This document shows, one piece after another, positions 61,269 through 64,000 of a DNA stretch of 64,000 nucleotides. The DNA lies in assembly GCA_963924565.1 (NCBI GenBank), contig OZ004610.1:7688001-7752000 (forward strand). Direction: 5' to 3'. A program made the translations under genes and the position numbers. This stretch comes from Ascidiella aspersa (Eukaryota). The first letter of the stretch is position 1; each line of letters begins with the position of its first letter. The notes under the pieces were generated by a model. That model was given only the letters and a program-made list of their open reading frames with translations, had not been told where the DNA came from and did no database searches.

Positions 61269-63742
61269 ATGTTCGTGTTCGTGGTCCATCTACTTTTGCT
61301 CGTGAGTGCGAGATACATTGTTGCCTATCAGGGTAAGTTCGTTAAAGGAAATATGTGTAGCACGGGATAGCTCTAAATAACCAGTACAGAATGCTCTGTA
61401 AGTCGCCTATCGTATATTTTTTATTGTAATCTAAAAAGCTCGATTACCGGTTTGACAATTCTGCTAAGGTGGCCAGCAAATTTAACCGTAATTTCAACAA
61501 TAGAAGGTTATTGACATTTGGTTCATACCAGACATCAGATGCAGACCCAGAATTTGTGTTTGGAGGGGCATACTTTTTTTAAGATATGACTTCGCAAAAT
61601 TACGTCATAACGTGACTTTAAGAAATGCATTTGAGAAAACTACAAAAAAAAGTAATGCCTTTGAGTCGTTTAAGTTACCAAAACTTATTTTCGAGGGTGC
61701 GATGAGACGCATGGCGCCTTTGGGCTAAACCATTTTTCAAAATAGGCTTGGACTTATTAGAAACAAAACTAGATTCGCGCGGAACGCCAAAATGTTTTGC
61801 ATTTACGTATTAAAATAGGCAAAAAATCCAATTTGGGGGAATGGCAACGTGACCCCATGGATTCGCCCTTTGCAGGCAATTCTCAATCAGAAATAAACAT
61901 AAATGTATTTTATTTTATATAACCACCTCTGAAATAGTGCCTCAGTTTCCAATATCGTATTTTCGAAACTGTCCATCCAAATAATGACTTACGAGTCAGA
62001 ATGGATAAATCATTCCCATTAGAAGTTTAAACACAGATTTATCGTTTATTTTTTGCAAAGGGGTGCTAGTTTTCTAAATGGTTTCACAAATTACAATGTA
62101 AATTGGCCTACTGCCACTGCAATGTGCTTTCAGAGCACTTAACACTTAACTATTAAATAATTTATATTATATCGTAGCCTATTACATTATATATTTGTTA
62201 TTTTATTTTTTAAACTATTGTGTAAACTTCAAAAGGAAACGCAAGTTATTTAGTATTATCGTTTGTATTCGTATTGATTTTTAGACCAATGCATCTCGAT
62301 TTATTCCGAAGACAACAAGGAATTGAAATCGCTCACTTGGGCTGTTGGTGTTCCAAATATCACAATTGTGATCGTGTCGCGCATGCTTTACCAATATGAT
62401 ACTATATTTTATTTAAAGAATGATTTTAGCTCCAGACCGATAGCGTGGTCATCCCCCTCCTTTCTTTCAGCTTTCAGTTTAAATGAAACCCTAATCAACG
62501 TCCAATCTAACACTCTGACAAACAAAACGTTTAATTTTACCCTGACCTTTCTCAGGCCAAATCTGATCAATGGCCATTTTATCAGTGTGAGCCAACGTAG
62601 TTGTTACAGCAAAACATCACCAATACGGATTATACGTAAGTTGTCTTCATTGTCTTCAACATCGCAGCAACCTAAATTTAAGTGTATCCAACTTTCCTCA
62701 CTGTTTTTTGCGGGAATTATTTAACTTGACTTAAAGTTTTTTTGGCAATTGACTTAACTTGAATAAAGTCTTTTGGACAAAAACTGTGTTTTTTTTAATT
62801 AAGAAATTTTTGATATACCCCAATTTTTTATTAAAAAACACAATATGCTTGCTATATGTTGCGTTTTTTTATTTGAGTTTAATTGCTCATAGTCGCCCTT
62901 GTTTAAAAACTTTGGAATACTTAACGTTTAATTTTAATGACGAGGACTTGACTTGGAATTGGCTTGCTACAAATATAACTTGCCCGGGACTTGATTTGTG
63001 ATTGGTTTAAGAAGGCGTGACTTGACTTGGGACTAAAGTATTTGAAAAAGACTTGTTTACAACACTGCTTAAACGTTTGTCATTAAACATAGGTTCTGCA
63101 TTCAGGGCGAAGTTGACTTATATATCTTACGGTAGTGGTTCCCAAACTTTTTGGGCACGCGGCACACTAAAAAAATCTCAAACATTTCGCGACACACCAA
63201 TAAAGTCATTTTACAGTCGCCCTTAACACACGACAAACTATATGTAAATGTCTCAAAATTATTAACTTGTAATGAATAATAGTGCGTATTTAAGTCTAAA
63301 ATGCTTGCGTGTATGCCTTTTGGTAATAGAAATATACTCTCTTTTCCGAGATTACAAAAAGTTTCACGGCACACTTGACAATCTTTCGAGGCACACTGGT
63401 GTGCCGCGGCCCACAGTTTGGAAATTACTGGTCTAAAATATTTTTACTGCATATAGCCCTTTTATATAGCACCAAATCTATGCGTACGCGAGTGTTATTC
63501 ATTCGTTTAATCGTTTTTTTCATCGTCTTGATGGTTAGATTGCCCTCAGCCGGAAGGCGTTGTTGTATCCACGAAGACAAGAAGCAAGTGGAACTACAAG
63601 AGCGATGTGAAGGTAGGTCGGCCTTGCAACAACTCGGTGTATGTCGGCTCGACGACCAACGCTGTTATCGGGAGATACAAAAAGATTACATGTGGAGCAA
63701 AAGCAAAGTGGACGACATCGAACAACCAGCAGTGCTGGAGTG
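61269..63742 (+). CDS. Secreted or cell-surface protein: signal peptide + beta-rich (Ig-like?) domain + sushi/CCP domain; join(61269-61332,62285-62635,63539-63742); possibly continues beyond the window
   Basis: Exon MFVFVVHLLLLVSARYIVAYQ ends at G|GTAAGT (phase 1). Exon 62285-62635 (TTTTTAG|AC ... C|GTAAGT, phase 1-1) is open with four N-glycosylation sequons. Exon from 63539 reads CPQPEG...WNYKSDVKVGRPCNNSVYVG...KITCGAKAKWTTSNNQQCW, a 4-Cys + Trp CCP pattern. It ends at donor G|GTGGGT (63742) or else at TAG 63766-63768. Confidence 0.72.
63133..63430. mobile_element. hAT-like MITE
   Basis: TAGTGGTTCCCAAACT...AGTTTGGAAATTACTG with GCGGCACAC/GTGCCGCGG subterminal motifs shared with 23972-24280. 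Confidence 0.7.
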
Positions 63743-64000
63743 GTGGGTGGAAGCAGTCCGGTTATTAGCGTTTACGCGAAAAGAAAGCTTTGCACGTGTG
63801 CAAGAAAAGTTGGCCCGTAAACTATTCAGCATATTGGCTTTTGCAAAAAAACGAATTGTAAGTTATTGTAATTGGTGACCAAGGGTAATAGCGTTTCATT
63901 TGGTATTCTCACCTATAGGAGCTCTAAATTTAGTTGTATAAGATTATGTGTTTTTTCCTAAAACGCAACTTCGTTCAGTTGGGGTTTAAACCATTCAAAA

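Noticed and set aside
63375-63878. 167-aa ORF
   Set aside because: Begins inside a MITE and overlaps the sushi exon in another frame; the CCP frame fits the upstream phase-1 exon.

Overview
AT-rich eukaryotic DNA with GT-AG introns, many short MITEs and CpG-rich non-coding patches. It looks like an invertebrate chordate, most plausibly an ascidian (inference only). Almost all ORF-track entries are spurious, so genes were rebuilt by hand from splice sites and reading phase. (1) A 7-exon Barx homeobox gene (+, 19283-30455, ~595 aa) lies in a large gene-poor region rich in CpG patches. (2) A spliced orphan transcript (+, ~39011-43883) has a possible 109-aa ORF. (3) A 6-exon secreted protein (-, 46346-51643, 266 aa) has a signal peptide, short collagen, CxC/coiled-coil neck and an F5/8 type C (discoidin) head, i.e. 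a collectin-like scaffold with a different head. (4) Sepiapterin reductase has an intronless CDS (-, 55044-55829). (5) A signal peptide + Ig-like + sushi/CCP gene starts at 61269 (+) and possibly runs off the window end. Also present: hAT-type MITEs with 8-bp TSDs, a solo LTR, foldback elements with TTAGGG-like arms, and a dispersed repeat family carrying a near-complete tRNA cloverleaf. No CRISPR, rRNA or convincing ribozyme was found.
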